Positions 44,208 through 56,489 are shown, numbered from the whole stretch's first letter. The stretch: 63,366 nucleotides of DNA, filler included, from Reclinomonas americana ATCC 50394 (GCA_048213135.1; 23 parts of 23 records of this genome joined end to end with filler, not necessarily neighbours in it), one strand, 5' to 3'. The notes: generated from the letters alone by a model not told the origin. Program-made: numbers and translations.

Positions 44208-44943
44208 CCATGCGCCCTCTGCTCTCACGTGCACTCCCTTTCGAGGCCTCTTTCAAGAACGAACTGACAAAGTCTTTCAGTGATCGCTTCATTTGCATTC
44301 GCACTCAGGGTAGTTGCCACCGTGTGTGCAAACTGGTGTTGTGTTGCGTCGCATAGATTCATGTGTTCTGCAAACGAGAGTCGAGGTTAGGACACCAACC
44401 ATGAATTGCTTCGGCAGGGGGAAAAGTGTCACCTTGGGTCATATAAAGAAGCAAAATGATTGAACCTCAAGTCTTGTGCTCCGAGGCTTGCTGGCATCCA
44501 GGAGCGTGGAGGTCGGTCGAGCGGCAACACGTCCACTGGAAGTCATCCTAGAGCAGAACAAATAAGAGACAGATCTCAGCAAGTGAGCGAATAAACCTGT
44601 GCAAACCATCTTTCCCTCAACCCGCTGCTGTTGCATCCACTCCATCTGTTCAAGCATAGTGATGAAATAGAGGGAGCAAATTGCGCAAAATTGCTTGAAT
44701 ACGAACCATCTGCCAGTAAAGGTTAGTGAGTGAAATGAGCCGATTCTCAAGACAACAAAATACACACCTTGTTAAACTGCAACATATCATCCCGAGATTA
44801 AGCAATCAGAGTTGTTTCGAATGAACAGAAAACTGAGCAATTACAAACCGTCTATAAAGCAGAACAAAGTCAGTCGAATCGAAACACTCTCTCAGACACA
44901 TGCAAAAAATACACGTTATCCATATTTGGCAACCAATGCACGC

Positions 44944-46046
44944 AAAACACACACAAACATACACAAACTACATACAATCTCTCTCTCCTCTCTCTTCGTT
45001 CTTTCTTCTCTCCCTCTCTCTCTCTCCCTACTCTCCTTAATTCTCTTCCCAAACACACACACATACACATACACATACACAAACTCTCTGTCTTTCTCTC
45101 TCCTTCCCTCTTCCTCGTTCTCTCTCTCTTTCTCTCTCTCGGTCTGTCTTTTCTCACACTCTGTTTCTCCCTCTCTCTCTCACCCCTCTCCCTTCTCCTC
45201 TCTTCTCTCTTTCTCCCTCCATACACACGCATACTCAACTTCCTGCATGATCATGCATCCATCGCCATTGTCGCCGTGCATACAAACACACACAGACACG
45301 CACAAACACAAACGCACAAACACGCCACATGCACTGTCAGTCGACCACACACGCACACATACACTCAGTCTTTTCTCTCTCTCTTTCTCTCTTTCTCTCT
45401 CCTTCTCACACTTTCTCTCTCTCTCTCTCTCTAACACACACGCACACATTTTCTCTCTCACTCTCTGACTCTCTCACTCCCCTGTCTCTACACTCCCCCG
45501 CTCTCTCTCACTTTCTCCCCTCTCTCTTCTCACTTTCTCTTTCTCATACACAAATACATACACACACTCAAACATACACTCGAACATATGCACTCAACCA
45601 TGCACTCATCCATTATTTTGCAAACAACACATACAAAACGAAACAAAACACACACAAACATACACAAACTACATACAATCTCTCTCTTCTCTTTCCTCTC
45701 TCCCTCCCTCTCTCTCTCCCTACTCTCCCTAATTCTCTTCCAAAACACACACACATACACATACGCATACACGAACTCTCTCTTTCTCTCTCTCTTCTTC
45801 CCTCTTCCTCGCTCCCCCTTTCTCTCTCTTTCTCACCGTCTTTCTCCACTCTCTCCCTTCTCTCCCTTCTCTCTCTTCTCTTGTTCTCGCATACACACAC
45901 ACACACACATACATACTCAACTAGCTGCATGATCATGCATCCATCGCCATTGTCGCCATGCATACAAACACACACAAACGCACACACAAACACAAACACA
46001 CAAACACGCCACATGCACAGTCAGTCGACCACACACGCACACACGC
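44944..46046. repeat. Direct duplication of ~400 bp
   Basis: 44944-45360 resembles 45645-46046 (shared CATGATCATGCATCCATCGCCATTGTCGCC and CAGTCGACCACAC). Confidence 0.8.
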
Positions 46047-46211
46047 NNNNNNNNNNNNNNNNNNNNNNNNNNNNNNNNNNNNNNNNNNNNTTAATTAATT
46101 AANNNNNNNNNNNNNNNNNNNNNNNNNNNNNNNNNNNNNNNNNNNNCACCAGATGAATAGTCTCGGAAGCGGACCCTGACCAGATATGGCGAGCGGGAGC
46201 GCGCAAGGGAA

Positions 46212-46796
46212 ATGACGCAGGGGCATGACCCGGTAACGCCAGGCGCGGGACACGGCGCCGTCTACAGTCCGACAGCGCGCATGCTGCACTGGATCACGGT
46301 CGCGGCGGTGTTCGTGATGATCCCGCTCGGGCTCGCCATGACCTATCGCGGCAACACGCTCGACATCTGGGACGGGGTGACCGACGCGCTCTATTCGACG
46401 CACAAGCTGCTCGGCTTCCTCGTGCTCTGGCTCGGCACTGGCCGGCTGATCTACCGGCTGTTGCACGGTGCTCCGCCCGACGAGCCGACGCTGGAATGGT
46501 GGCAAAAGGCCGCTTCCCATCTCGTTCACTGGGTGCTGTACGGCCTGCTGCTGATCGTGCCGCTGCTCGGCTGGATCGGCGTCTCGCTCTTCCCGTCGCT
46601 AATGGTGTTCAATCTGTTCGACCTGCCGGCACTGGCTGCGCCGAACGAGGAGACCGCCAAGCGCGTGCTGTCCATCCATGGCTGGCTCGCCATCCTGCTG
46701 GCGCTGCTGGTCTGCGCGCATATCGGCGCGGCGCTCTTCCACCATTTCATCCGCAAGGACGGCGTGCTGCGCCGGATGCTGCCTGGGCTGAAATAG
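46212..46796 (+). CDS. Cytochrome b561 family protein
   Basis: YS..ARMLHW, HKLLG, HLVHW.LY, HGWLA, HIGAALFHHFIRKDGVLRRM. Confidence 0.92.
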   Translation: MTQGHDPVTPGAGHGAVYSPTARMLHWITVAAVFVMIPLGLAMTYRGNTLDIWDGVTDALYSTHKLLGFLVLWLGTGRLIYRLLHGAPPDEPTLEWWQKAASHLVHWVLYGLLLIVPLLGWIGVSLFPSLMVFNLFDLPALAAPNEETAKRVLSIHGWLAILLALLVCAHIGAALFHHFIRKDGVLRRMLPGLK

Positions 46797-46799
46797 GGC

Positions 46800-47321
46800 T
46801 CACCACTCCGCGGGCAGCGCTGTCCCCTCGATGATCTCCGCCAGCCGGCGGCGTGTGCCCGGCGTCGTCCTGTCCGGCAGGGCCGAGAGCGGGAAGAAGC
46901 GCGCCTCGGCGATCTCGCGATCCGGCTGCTTCGGAGCACTCTGGATAAAGGCCCGTACGATGAAGACGGCGACATGGTCGCGGTCGGAGACATGGCGGTT
47001 GAGGAAGACCCCGTGCAGCGCCGCCGGGCCGGTCAGCGCGATGTTGGCCTCCTCGCGCAATTCCTTGGCGAGCGCGTCGGTGAGCGTCTCGTCCGGCTCG
47101 ACCCCGCCGCCGGGCATATGCCAGCCTGGCGTATAGGTGTGGCGCACCAGCAGGACTTCGCCGGTCTCGCTCAGAACGGCGGCGCGGACGCCGAGGGTCA
47201 TGCCGCGCCGCAGGCGGAAATAGAGGTGCAGGGCGCGCCCGGCCAACCGCCGGAGGAGGGGCGGCACCAGTTCGATCCCCGATGCGCCGGAGCGAGGGCC
47301 GGATCCATCTTCGTTGCTCAC
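46800..47321 (-). CDS. NUDIX hydrolase
   Basis: PGGGVEPDETLTDALAKELREEAN Nudix box. Confidence 0.93.
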   Translation of the reverse strand: MSNEDGSGPRSGASGIELVPPLLRRLAGRALHLYFRLRRGMTLGVRAAVLSETGEVLLVRHTYTPGWHMPGGGVEPDETLTDALAKELREEANIALTGPAALHGVFLNRHVSDRDHVAVFIVRAFIQSAPKQPDREIAEARFFPLSALPDRTTPGTRRRLAEIIEGTALPAEW

Positions 47322-47460
47322 GATGTGGGCAAATCCTGATGCCGGGTTAATTGTCTATGCAATGGACGCATAACAGAACTCTGTTCAGCCTCTCGCTATA
47401 ACACAAACGCGCCTTAAATAGAGCTCACAAGCTCATGCCGTTACCGCTGGGGAAATTACC

Positions 47461-47577
47461 ATGCTTCTCGCCTTCATCACCGCCCGTCTGAATGCCAAGC
47501 CGCGTTATGTCTGGAAGCCGGCCGTCACCCTGACCGATCCGCGCATCGTCTCGGAGCTGACCGGCTCGGCCAACTGA
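47461..47577 (+). CDS. Putative 38-aa small protein
   Basis: MLLAFITARLNAKPRYVWKPAVTLTDPRIVSELTGSAN; GGGGA RBS, high GC3, AT-rich upstream region, small hairpin after the stop. Confidence 0.55.
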   Translation: MLLAFITARLNAKPRYVWKPAVTLTDPRIVSELTGSAN

Positions 47578-47658
47578 GCCTTCATAGGCTGCGTCATCTT
47601 CGCCCGCCGCCGCCGTCATGCTTGACGCGGCGCGGGCGTTGAAGGCAAGCGCTGGAGC

Positions 47659-48180
47659 GTGTTCACGCTCGCGCATCTCTCCGACCCGCATCTCGGGCCG
47701 CTGACCAAGTTCTCGCTGCGCGAGCTGATCGGCAAGCGCGCCACGGGTTATGTCAACTGGCGACGCAAGCGGCGTCATGCCCATGACATGGAAATCCTCG
47801 GGCTGATCGTCGCCGACATCCTGGCGCAGAAGCCCGACCACATCGCCTGCACCGGCGATGTCTCGCATATCGGCCTGCCGACCGAATTCAAGACGGCGCT
47901 CTCCTTCCTAGATACGCTCGGCCCGCGCGATAGCGTCAGCTTCGTGCCGGGCAACCATGATTGCTATGCGCGCTCGTCGCTGTCGGCGCTGGCGCGCGAG
48001 CTTGCGCCCTGGTGCGCAAGCGATGGTGGCGAGGCTGGCTATCCCTGGTATCGCCAGCGCGGCCCGGTCGCATTGATAGGGGTGAATACCGGGATCCCGA
48101 CCCTGCCGCTGATGGCGACCGGCCGCCTCGGTTCAGCCCAGATCGCCGTCGCCGAGAAGCTGCTGACGCAAGCCAAGGCC
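47659..48180 (+). CDS. Calcineurin-like metallophosphoesterase, 3' partial
   Basis: HLSDPH, TGD, PGNHD motifs. Confidence 0.92.
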
Positions 48181-48280
48181 NNNNNNNNNNNNNNNNNNNN
48201 NNNNNNNNNNNNNNNNNNNNNNNNTTAATTAATTAANNNNNNNNNNNNNNNNNNNNNNNNNNNNNNNNNNNNNNNNNNNN

Positions 48281-48643
48281 GGAGGCGGCGATCTGCCCGA
48301 GGCTCGGCACCTCGGAATTCAGCAGCGCGGGCGAGGCGAGGAGGACCAGCAGGAAGAGCGTCGTCGCGGCCCAGTACAGCGGCACGATCCGCGCGATGCG
48401 CCGGGCGATGAACAGGCGCGCACCCTCCGGCCGGTCGAACAGCCCAGCCGAGGAGTGCACCATGATGAAACCGGAGATCACAAAGAACAGGTCGACGCCG
48501 GCTGTCCAGGGCAAGGCATGCGAGGGCGAGAAGGCGGTGCCGGCCTTGGCCGCGAGGAAGCCGGCATCGCCCTGGACGTGATGGACCGCGACCATCAGCG
48601 CCGCGAGCGCGCGCAGGACCTGGATGCCGTAGAGCTGGGGCAA
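48281..48643 (-). CDS. Acyltransferase_3 (OafA-like), 3' partial
   Basis: IQVLRALAALMVAVHH, GVDLFFVISGFIM, RRIARIVPLYW. Confidence 0.92.
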
Positions 48644-48687
48644 GGCTGGGGATCGTCTTCGAAGAGGGCAGGGGAGCGCTGGAGCGC

Positions 48688-49282
48688 TCACGCAAACCAC
48701 AAGCGCGCGGGATCGTCGAGGCCGAAGCGAGCGGGAGCCGAGGCGATCGCCGCGAGGCCTTGCTCGGCGGGGTCGTCGGCGGTGATGACGTTGAGCGCGA
48801 AACGGGCGGCGAGATCCTCGACCGGCGGTTTGCCGCAGAAGACGGCGTGGATCGTCGCCTTGTCGGCGAGCGGCAGGATGCGTGGCGCGATGCCGCCGGC
48901 GAGATAGACGCCGCCCGTCGCCTTGAAGCCGAGCGCGAGGTCGCCGGCGACACGCGCCAGCAGCCGCCAGAAGCAGACCACCGCCATCAGCGCGCCGGGA
49001 TTGCCGTCGAGCGCCAGTGCGGTGACGTCGGCGGCGCTGACGTCCGGCTCCGCTACATTCGATTGCCGCATCACCGCGCGATGGAAGCGGATGAGACCGC
49101 TGCCACTGAGCAATTCCTCGACCGTGACGCGCGGGATGCCCTCGGCCAGCGCCGGCCAGAGCTTCACCTCGGTCGGATCCTCCGGTCCGATGCCGATATG
49201 GCCGGATTCGGTCGGCACCAGCATGCCGCTGTCGCCGCGTCGCAACAGGGCGGCAGCGCCGAAGCCGGTGCCGGGACCGAGC
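48688..49282 (-). CDS. glk: Glucokinase, 5' partial
   Basis: GPGTGFG, PTESGH, EELLSGSGL, AGDLAL..GGVYLAGGIAPRI. Confidence 0.88.
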
Positions 49283-49382
49283 NNNNNNNNNNNNNNNNNN
49301 NNNNNNNNNNNNNNNNNNNNNNNNNNTTAATTAATTAANNNNNNNNNNNNNNNNNNNNNNNNNNNNNNNNNNNNNNNNNNNN

Positions 49383-49857
49383 GGCGTAAGCTGCACCATA
49401 GGGTCGGCAAGACGCCGGAAAAGCCGCCGAAGCCGCCCATGATGCCGCCGCCGATCCCGATCGCGCCATCGGCCAGGCGTCCGCCGAAGCGGACCGGCGG
49501 CAGATGCGGCGCGAACAGCATGATCGGGCACCAGAGCGCCAGCAGGGTGCCGAGGCCGGCCTTGAACAGATTGGGCTCGACCAGCGGCAGCAGCAGGACG
49601 CCGACCGGGATGCCGGCAAGGCCGCCGAGCAGGAAGGGCCAGAGCTGGGCGAAATCGAAGCCGCGGCGCACGGTGACGGCCGCGATGGTCTGGCCGGTCA
49701 GCCCGCCGAACACGGCCATGACGGCGGCGAGCTTGGGATCGAGCGTCCAGGCCCAGACGGACAGGGAGACGAGGCTGAAGGCGAAGCCGGACAGGCCCTG
49801 CACGAAGCCGGCGAGCGCGGCTCCGAGGATGAGGGTCAGGATGGTGGAGGTATCCAT
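49383..49857 (-). CDS. TauE/SafE sulfite exporter family, 3' partial
   Basis: AGFVQGLSGFAF, GGLAGIPVG, GGIMGG..G.SG. Confidence 0.88.
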
Positions 49858-49898
49858 GAACGGGCCTGTTCTTCGCACGCCTCGTCTTCAAGGCCCTA

Positions 49899-49999
49899 GT
49901 CGTCCCGGGCGGAGCGAAGCGCAGACCCGGGACCCATTCCGGAACGGTTCAGGAATGGATCCCGGATCGGCGCCGCTATCGCGGCTTGTCCGGGATGAC
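49899..49999. repeat. Alphaproteobacterial intergenic palindromic (REP/RPE-like) element
   Basis: GTCGTCCCGG..GCGAAGC..CCCGGGACCCAT..ATGGATCCCGGAT..TCCGGGATGAC nested inverted repeats. Confidence 0.78.
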
Positions 50000-50021
50000 T
50001 CGTGAGGGGTTCAGCGAGGGG

Positions 50022-51008
50022 TTATTTCTTTTCCGGCTTCGCTGGCGGATTCGGGTCCTTCGAGAAGCTGCGGAAGACCATGTCGGGCGAGGAGGTGTTG
50101 TGGCGCGAATGGGTGGTGCGGCCCATCCAGACATCGGTCGCCTTGCCGCCGGCGAAGGGCATCAGAGGCTCCTCGCGCCAGCCCTTGGCGCCGGGTTCGC
50201 GGATGGCGATGCGGGCGACGTCGTTGTTGAACTCGGTGACGTACATCGAGCGCAGCGCGGCGAAGGCCTTGCCGCCGGTGACCGGCTTGTCGAGCACGGC
50301 GTCGAGCACCATGCGATTCTCGTCGACGCTGTCGAGCTTGAGCGTGCCTGAGGAGCCGTCCTTGAAGGCGAGCTTGAAGGAGAGCGTCTTGGGATCGAAC
50401 GCGATCTCCTTGATGTTCACCACCGGCCGCGCGCCGTCCTGCTCGACCGGGCCGAATAGGAAGGAGGAACCGTAGGCGGCGGCCGAGAGCTGCTGCGGCG
50501 GCAGCGGCCGGACGCGCCAGTAGCCGTCCTGCGGATAGACGACCAGAACTCAGTAGGAGCCGGTCTTGCCGAGCTTCCAGAGCTGGACGAGATGGAGGCC
50601 CTTCTCGACGCGGTCGCCGACCCGGAAGGTCGTCTCGGCCGGGCGCCAGAAGCTCTCGAAGGTGTAGCCGACGAGCCAGTACTCGATGCTCTCGTAGAAG
50701 GTGATGCGCCGCGGCGGCACCGGCGCCTTGTGGACGGGATCGCCGCTCATGTCGCAATCGGTCCAGTCGGCGTCCCAATTGTCGCGCAGCAGGCCGGCGA
50801 TATAGGCCGGGTGCGCCGCCTCGATGCGGAAGCGCCGGACCTCGGGCGAGATCGCCTTGATGGTGACGTTGTCCTTCTCGGCGCAGAGCACGGGCTCCGA
50901 CTCGTTCCTGACCTCCACGGCGACGTCGCCGGCGGCATGGGCCGCGAAGGCGGTCAGCAGAAGCGTCACGGAGATGGCGAGCGGGCGAACGAGAGCGAGC
51001 ATGGTCAT
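50022..51008 (-). CDS. Secreted hypothetical protein interrupted by an in-frame TGA at 50550-50552
   Basis: Signal peptide AHA-A; the frame continues after TGA as VLVVYPQDGYWRVRPLPP.. into ORF 50022..50423. Confidence 0.72.
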
Positions 51009-51197
51009 CCTTGGTCGGTTGCGTTCCTGGCCAGCCTGGACAGCGCAAGATGAACGCAGGCTGAGCCGGGTCATAGAACCGATGCGCCTGCGAAGAAAGC
51101 GCGACACCGTGGCAGCTTCCGCAATCGACGCGGGCAAGGCCAGATTGCCGTTGCGTGAGGCGCGCCCTGCGGCCTTTGCGTGCAGGGACTGCCTTCG

Positions 51198-51587
51198 ATG
51201 CAAAGCTATCTGTTTGCCGCTGGCGTGCTGATGATCCTGATCGGCATCGCCCATTCGGTGCTCGGCGAGATTCTGATCTTCCGGCAATTGCGGGCAGGGA
51301 CGATCGTGCCGCTGCTTGCGCCGGCGCCGCTGCGCGAGCGGCATCTGCGGATACTCTGGGCGAACTGGCACCTGACCTCGGTGCTCGGCTGGGGATTGGC
51401 GGCGCTGCTGATCCTGATTGCGATGTCGCCAGTTCCGTCGGCGCACGCCCTGCATGTGCGGATCATTGCGATCGCGACTCTCGCCGGTTCGCTGCTCGTG
51501 CTCTACGCGACGAGGGGCCGACACCCGGGCTGGCTGGGCCTGCTCATGGCCGCCGGCCTCGCTTGGTTGGGACAAACTGGCGTGTAA
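51198..51587 (+). CDS. Hypothetical membrane protein
   Basis: Four hydrophobic segments; HSVLGE and HPGW motifs. Confidence 0.7.
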   Translation: MQSYLFAAGVLMILIGIAHSVLGEILIFRQLRAGTIVPLLAPAPLRERHLRILWANWHLTSVLGWGLAALLILIAMSPVPSAHALHVRIIAIATLAGSLLVLYATRGRHPGWLGLLMAAGLAWLGQTGV

Positions 51588-51590
51588 GTC

Positions 51591-52122
51591 TCAGCGCAAT
51601 AGGAGCGCGTAGACGTCGCCGGAGTTCGCCTCGTGCGGCAAATCGCGGAGATGGCTGCCCATCGCCTCCGCATCGACCGCTTCGGCGAAGACCAATGCCT
51701 GGCTCTCGCCCAGCGCGACATTGAAGCGATAGGGCCCGAGCGCGGCGAGGCGAGCTAGGCAGGCTTCCGCGACATCGCGCTGGATCGTGGTGAACTCGAA
51801 GGAGAGGGCGGGCGGCATCTGGCTGAGACCGGTGAGGACATGCGCCTCGAAGCCCTCGACATCGATCTTGATGAAGGCGGGCAGGCCGTGTTCGCCGATC
51901 AACGCATCGAGCGTGGTGCAGGGCACGGTGAGCTCGCGATCCCAGACCTGCTCGCGCCAGCCATCCTGGCCATGGGCGGCATCGACGAACTCGCCCGAGA
52001 GGGTCGAGACCGTCGGATTGGCGCTGTTGATCCTCAGCGTCGCGGTGCCCTCGCTGTCGCCGCAGGCGGCCTCGACCAGCGTCACCTTGGGATCGCGGCC
52101 ATGGATCAGGCGCAGCGCGCGG
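51591..52122 (-). CDS. FkbM family methyltransferase, 5' partial
   Basis: VPCTTLD..FIKIDVEGFEAHVLTG..LSFEF. Confidence 0.9.
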
Positions 52123-52521
52123 NNNNNNNNNNNNNNNNNNNNNNNNNNNNNNNNNNNNNNNNNNNNTTAATTAATTAANNNNNNNNNNNNNNNNNNNNNN
52201 NNNNNNNNNNNNNNNNNNNNNNGATCTGGCAAGAACAGGATCTCGAACATATTTGTGATGGCTCATGGGGGGAGGAAAGACCGACGGCAACTGCTTCGAT
52301 AATATCCATGCATCATACAAGGGGAGCGACGTCGCTTGCTGTCTCACGAAGCGACGTGAGCAGACTCGCCCTCGACGTCGACCATCTTGCATTGGACTGC
52401 ACAAACACTTCTTCCACATATGCATCCCTCGCGTGATATGCGCAAAGAGTGTGGATATTGCAGTGCATGCAGTGTGTAATAAGGGGGCAACAACAGCAGG
52501 AAGCTGGTGCTGTCCGCCACA

Positions 52522-55165
52522 ATGCATCGTCCGTCCTTCATGTTGTTGTCCGACAGGCGAGTCGTCTTGCGTCGGAGCGGAGGTCGTGCGTCGACATACG
52601 AGGAGGTCGAGCAGCAGTACGAAGAGACCATGCAGCATTTACGCAGTGGTGACTATGCCGCCGCCGCGCGCCTGTATGGTACCTGCTGGCGAGATTTTGA
52701 GGACATGCGCGGCCCCGACGATGAACGGAGCGAAGGTCGTGATGCGCCGACTTTCGAGGAGGTCAAGCGGCAGTACGATGAGGCCAAACGGCACTGCCGC
52801 AGTGGTGACTATGCCACCGCGGCACCTCTCCTCGCTCGCTGCATGCGAGACTTTGAGGACTTGCGCGGCCCCGATGATGCATGGACTCTTGCGTGTGCAC
52901 ACAACTACGCAAATGCACTCTTGAATTCGGGAGATGCGCAGAGCGCTCTGTCGGTGTTCGAGGATGTGCTGGAGAGGAAAAATCGCGTGTCGGGTGCGAC
53001 TCACAAGGAGACATTGATTGTGGCTTCCAGCATGGGCAATGCGCTGTGGCAGCTCGGGCGGCATCGCGAGGCCATTGCGTTGCTGCGCGACACGGCGGAG
53101 AAGCAGGAGCGCTACGGGGCCAAGGAGGACGTCGAGGATGCGTTGAATACGTGGCACCACTTGGCACAGGCGCTCGATGACAACAAGGAGTGCGAGGAGT
53201 CGATTCGGATTATGCGCGACATTTTGCGCCGGAAGGTTGAATTGCTGGTCGACAAGGATCACCTGGACTGGCTGGTGAGCATGCAAATCATGGCAACGGC
53301 GGTGGCCAGAGCAGGCGGGTTGGATCTGGAGGAGGCGTTGGATGTCTTCGAGGTGTTGCCACTGCGTCGTCGCGAGCTGGGACCGGACCGCGAAGCCACC
53401 ATGCGTACTGCCGACCGTATAATCAGCGCCTTCGCAGCCCTTGCGACACTCCGCAAGGTTTTTTCAATAACTTCCCCATCTGGTACGTCTGTGCCGCACT
53501 CTTGTGATTCATCCTCAACACTCGTTGATCATCCGCGAATGCAGCTTCCTCTGCGTTTTTTGCATCGGCTTCACCACCAGTGCATTTTCCGGTGAGAGAA
53601 TCTCGACAAGTGCCGATGCCTGCCCAACACTGACCTCTCTGTGCACCAACCAGCCGCCACCGGTGAACTCGGCCCGCGAGCAGCAGCTGGAGGCAGCAAA
53701 CGCACAACAACAACACGACTTGACCGAGCAGCAGCGCCTCGTGCAGCGGCAGACGCAGGAGGTGACCACGCTTCGCAGCCAGCAGTCGCAATCACAGGCC
53801 ACCATTGCCCAGCTGCAGCGTGTCCTCGCGCTACAGCGGGCGACGACGCAGCAGCACGAAGGAACCATCGCGCAACCGCCGCGCGAGGTGGAAGAGCAAC
53901 AGGCGGCGGTCCGCGAGCGGGCCGCCCAAGTGGATGCAGCGCAGCAGCTGGTGCAGCGACACGAGGCCACCGTTACGCAATCGCGACGCGAGGCGGAGGA
54001 GCAGCGACAGCGAGTCGAGCAGTTGACCGCGCAATTGGAGGCGGCACAAGCGGCCGATCGCGCAAGCGCAGCGAACGTTGCGCGCCTGCAGCAGGAGTTG
54101 GAGGAGAAGAGGGCGCATGGGCAACCGCAGGAAGAGGCCGCTATCCAGCGCCTGCGTGAGGAATGTGCGGCTCTTCGAGTCTCCCTGGAGCGAATGGACG
54201 AGCTGCGCCAGCAAGAATTCGACCGCGCGCAACGACTGGCCGCTGATTTGGCCGCCGCGCAACACGAGCTCAACCACCGTGGTGAGTGCGAGTGAGTGTG
54301 TGGCGATGACTGCTTGTGCACTGCCCCACTGACCAGCATTCTTGCAGTTCCGCTCACGGCCTTTACCTGGGAGCAAATCGGCGCCATGACAAATGGCTTC
54401 GCTCGTCGTCTTGGCACGGGTGGACAGGGAAGCGTGTTTTCTGGCACGTGGAAGGAGCAGCAGGTGGCCGTCAAGGTGTTCGACAGCGACGCGCCGTGGT
54501 GCATCGAGTCCTTCTCCAATGAGGTGAGTGCTGCGTGTGTGCGGAGACCAGGTGATCATCCCCCTGTGTGTTTATCGTTTCTTGCTGGGTGCAGTTGAAG
54601 AAACTGAAGAGTGTGACGGTGCCTGGTGCGGTACGCATGATTGGTTTCGCCGAGTCGGACCGCGGAGAAAAGTGCATTGTGCTGGAGGCCATGAGGTTGG
54701 TGTTGGTCACATGCAGTTCTTTTGATTCGTTGTTGCTGATGTGCTGTTCTTCTCTCGATCATTGACAAGTGAGCACAACCTCGAGCACCGGTTGTTGGAG
54801 TATCAAGAACTCGGTTTGCCAGTGATGGCCATTGAGGAACGGATGACATGCTTGCTTCGATGCTCGGAGATCGTGGCGGCATTGCACAGGTGAGGCAGCT
54901 GCAATAAGAAGCCAGGTGCATGTGGTCGTGTCTCATCGTCTCTTCTTGTTGTGCAGGATGGTTTGTGGTGTCGTTGTGCAGCTTTCTGTTGACTTCGTTT
55001 CTCACTCTCCTTCCCTCTCACTGTCACTGCATTCTGTTCTCTCGCCTTCACCCAGAATGGTGAGTCTCCATGAGCTCATTTACTTCGTGGCCTCAATTAT
55101 TCACCACGATTTGCAGTCATTCGCCGCGACCTGAAGCCGGCCAACATCCTGTTTGACGAGCGTGG
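52522..55165 (+). CDS. Eukaryotic TPR + coiled-coil + IRAK/RLK-like protein kinase, spliced, ends uncertain
   Basis: Phase-consistent exons ..53482, 53545..53591, 53654..54281, 54348..54523, 54595..54695, 54770..54889, 54957..54960, 55056..55059, 55117..; motifs FTWEQIGAMTNGF..LGTGGQGSVFSG..VAVK..E..RDLKPANIL. Confidence 0.78.
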
Positions 55166-56489
55166 NNNNNNNNNNNNNNNNNNNNNNNNNNNNNNNNNNN
55201 NNNNNNNNNTTAATTAATTAANNNNNNNNNNNNNNNNNNNNNNNNNNNNNNNNNNNNNNNNNNNNGAATGAGATGTCCTCGGCCGAGGTGCCGGTGACCA
55301 GCGGGAAACCGCCGGTACATGTTATTACAGTGGAGTCGCGAAGACCGATTACGTGAATCTGCAAAGGAGAGAAGGGGAAGGGTGAGTGAGAGAGGGAGAA
55401 AAGGAGAGAGGCGGGAGAGAGGGAGGGGAAAGGAGGGAGAGGAGAAACGGTGACTTAGAGAGGAGGAAAGAGACGGAAGGGAGGGTGAGAGGCAGTTAAG
55501 GAATGATGAGGTGAGGGAGAGGAGAGAGGGGGAGACAAGTGAGAAAAGAAATAGTGATGCATGGAACAGAGCGAAAGACAGAGAGGGCCAGAGAAAGACA
55601 AACAGAGTGAGACACAGAGAGAGAGGAGGGGAGGAAAAGGAGACAGAGAGGGGGATGGATGAAGGGAGAGAAAAAGACAGAGAGGAGGGAAGAGAGGGAA
55701 GGGAGGTTGCGATGCAGTTAAGGAGTGATCAGGTGAGGGATGGAGAGAGAGACTGCGAAGGCTGAGAGAGAGACTGCGAGAGAGAGAGAGAGAGAGAGAA
55801 AGAGGGAGGGAGGCGGAAGGGAGACGAGTGAGAAGGAGATAGAGAGAGGCAGGAAAGGGGAGAGAGCGGAGTGAGTGAGGTCAATGTCTCTCTCTATCTC
55901 TCTCGTTCCCCACTGCCTCCCACCCTCTCATTATTCCGTCTTTGTCTCTCTCTCTCTCTCTTTCCTTCTCTCTCCTTTCTCCCTCCCTCAATGTCTCTGT
56001 CCCTCACTCTCTGTTTCTCACTGTCTCTCTCCGACATTTTCTCTCAGTCTCTCTCTCGCACACACACACACACTCGCTCTTTCTCTCTCATTTCTTCCCC
56101 CTCAGTTTCGCTCAATCTATGACGGTCTCTCTGCTCCCTGGATGGAGGAAGAGAGACACAGAGTGAGACTAAGAGACTAAGAGAAAGACAGAGAGAGAGA
56201 GAGCGAGAGAGGCAGGGAAGGAAAAGGGACAGAGAAAGAAGGACAGAGAGAGAAGGAGAGGATGAAGGGAGGGAGGGGAGAGAGAGAAAGAAAGAGAGAA
56301 AGAGAGAGAGACAGTGACGCAGTCCGTCATGTTGTTTACTATTCTCTCCCTCCCTCCCCGTTTCCCCTTTCCCCTCCCCCTTTTTGTCTCCCCCTCCCTT
56401 CTCCTTCCTCACTCCTTCCTTCCCCCCTTTTCTCCCTTTCCCCCTTTCCCTCCTTCTCCCTCCCCTCCCCCATTGCCCCCACCACGCAA

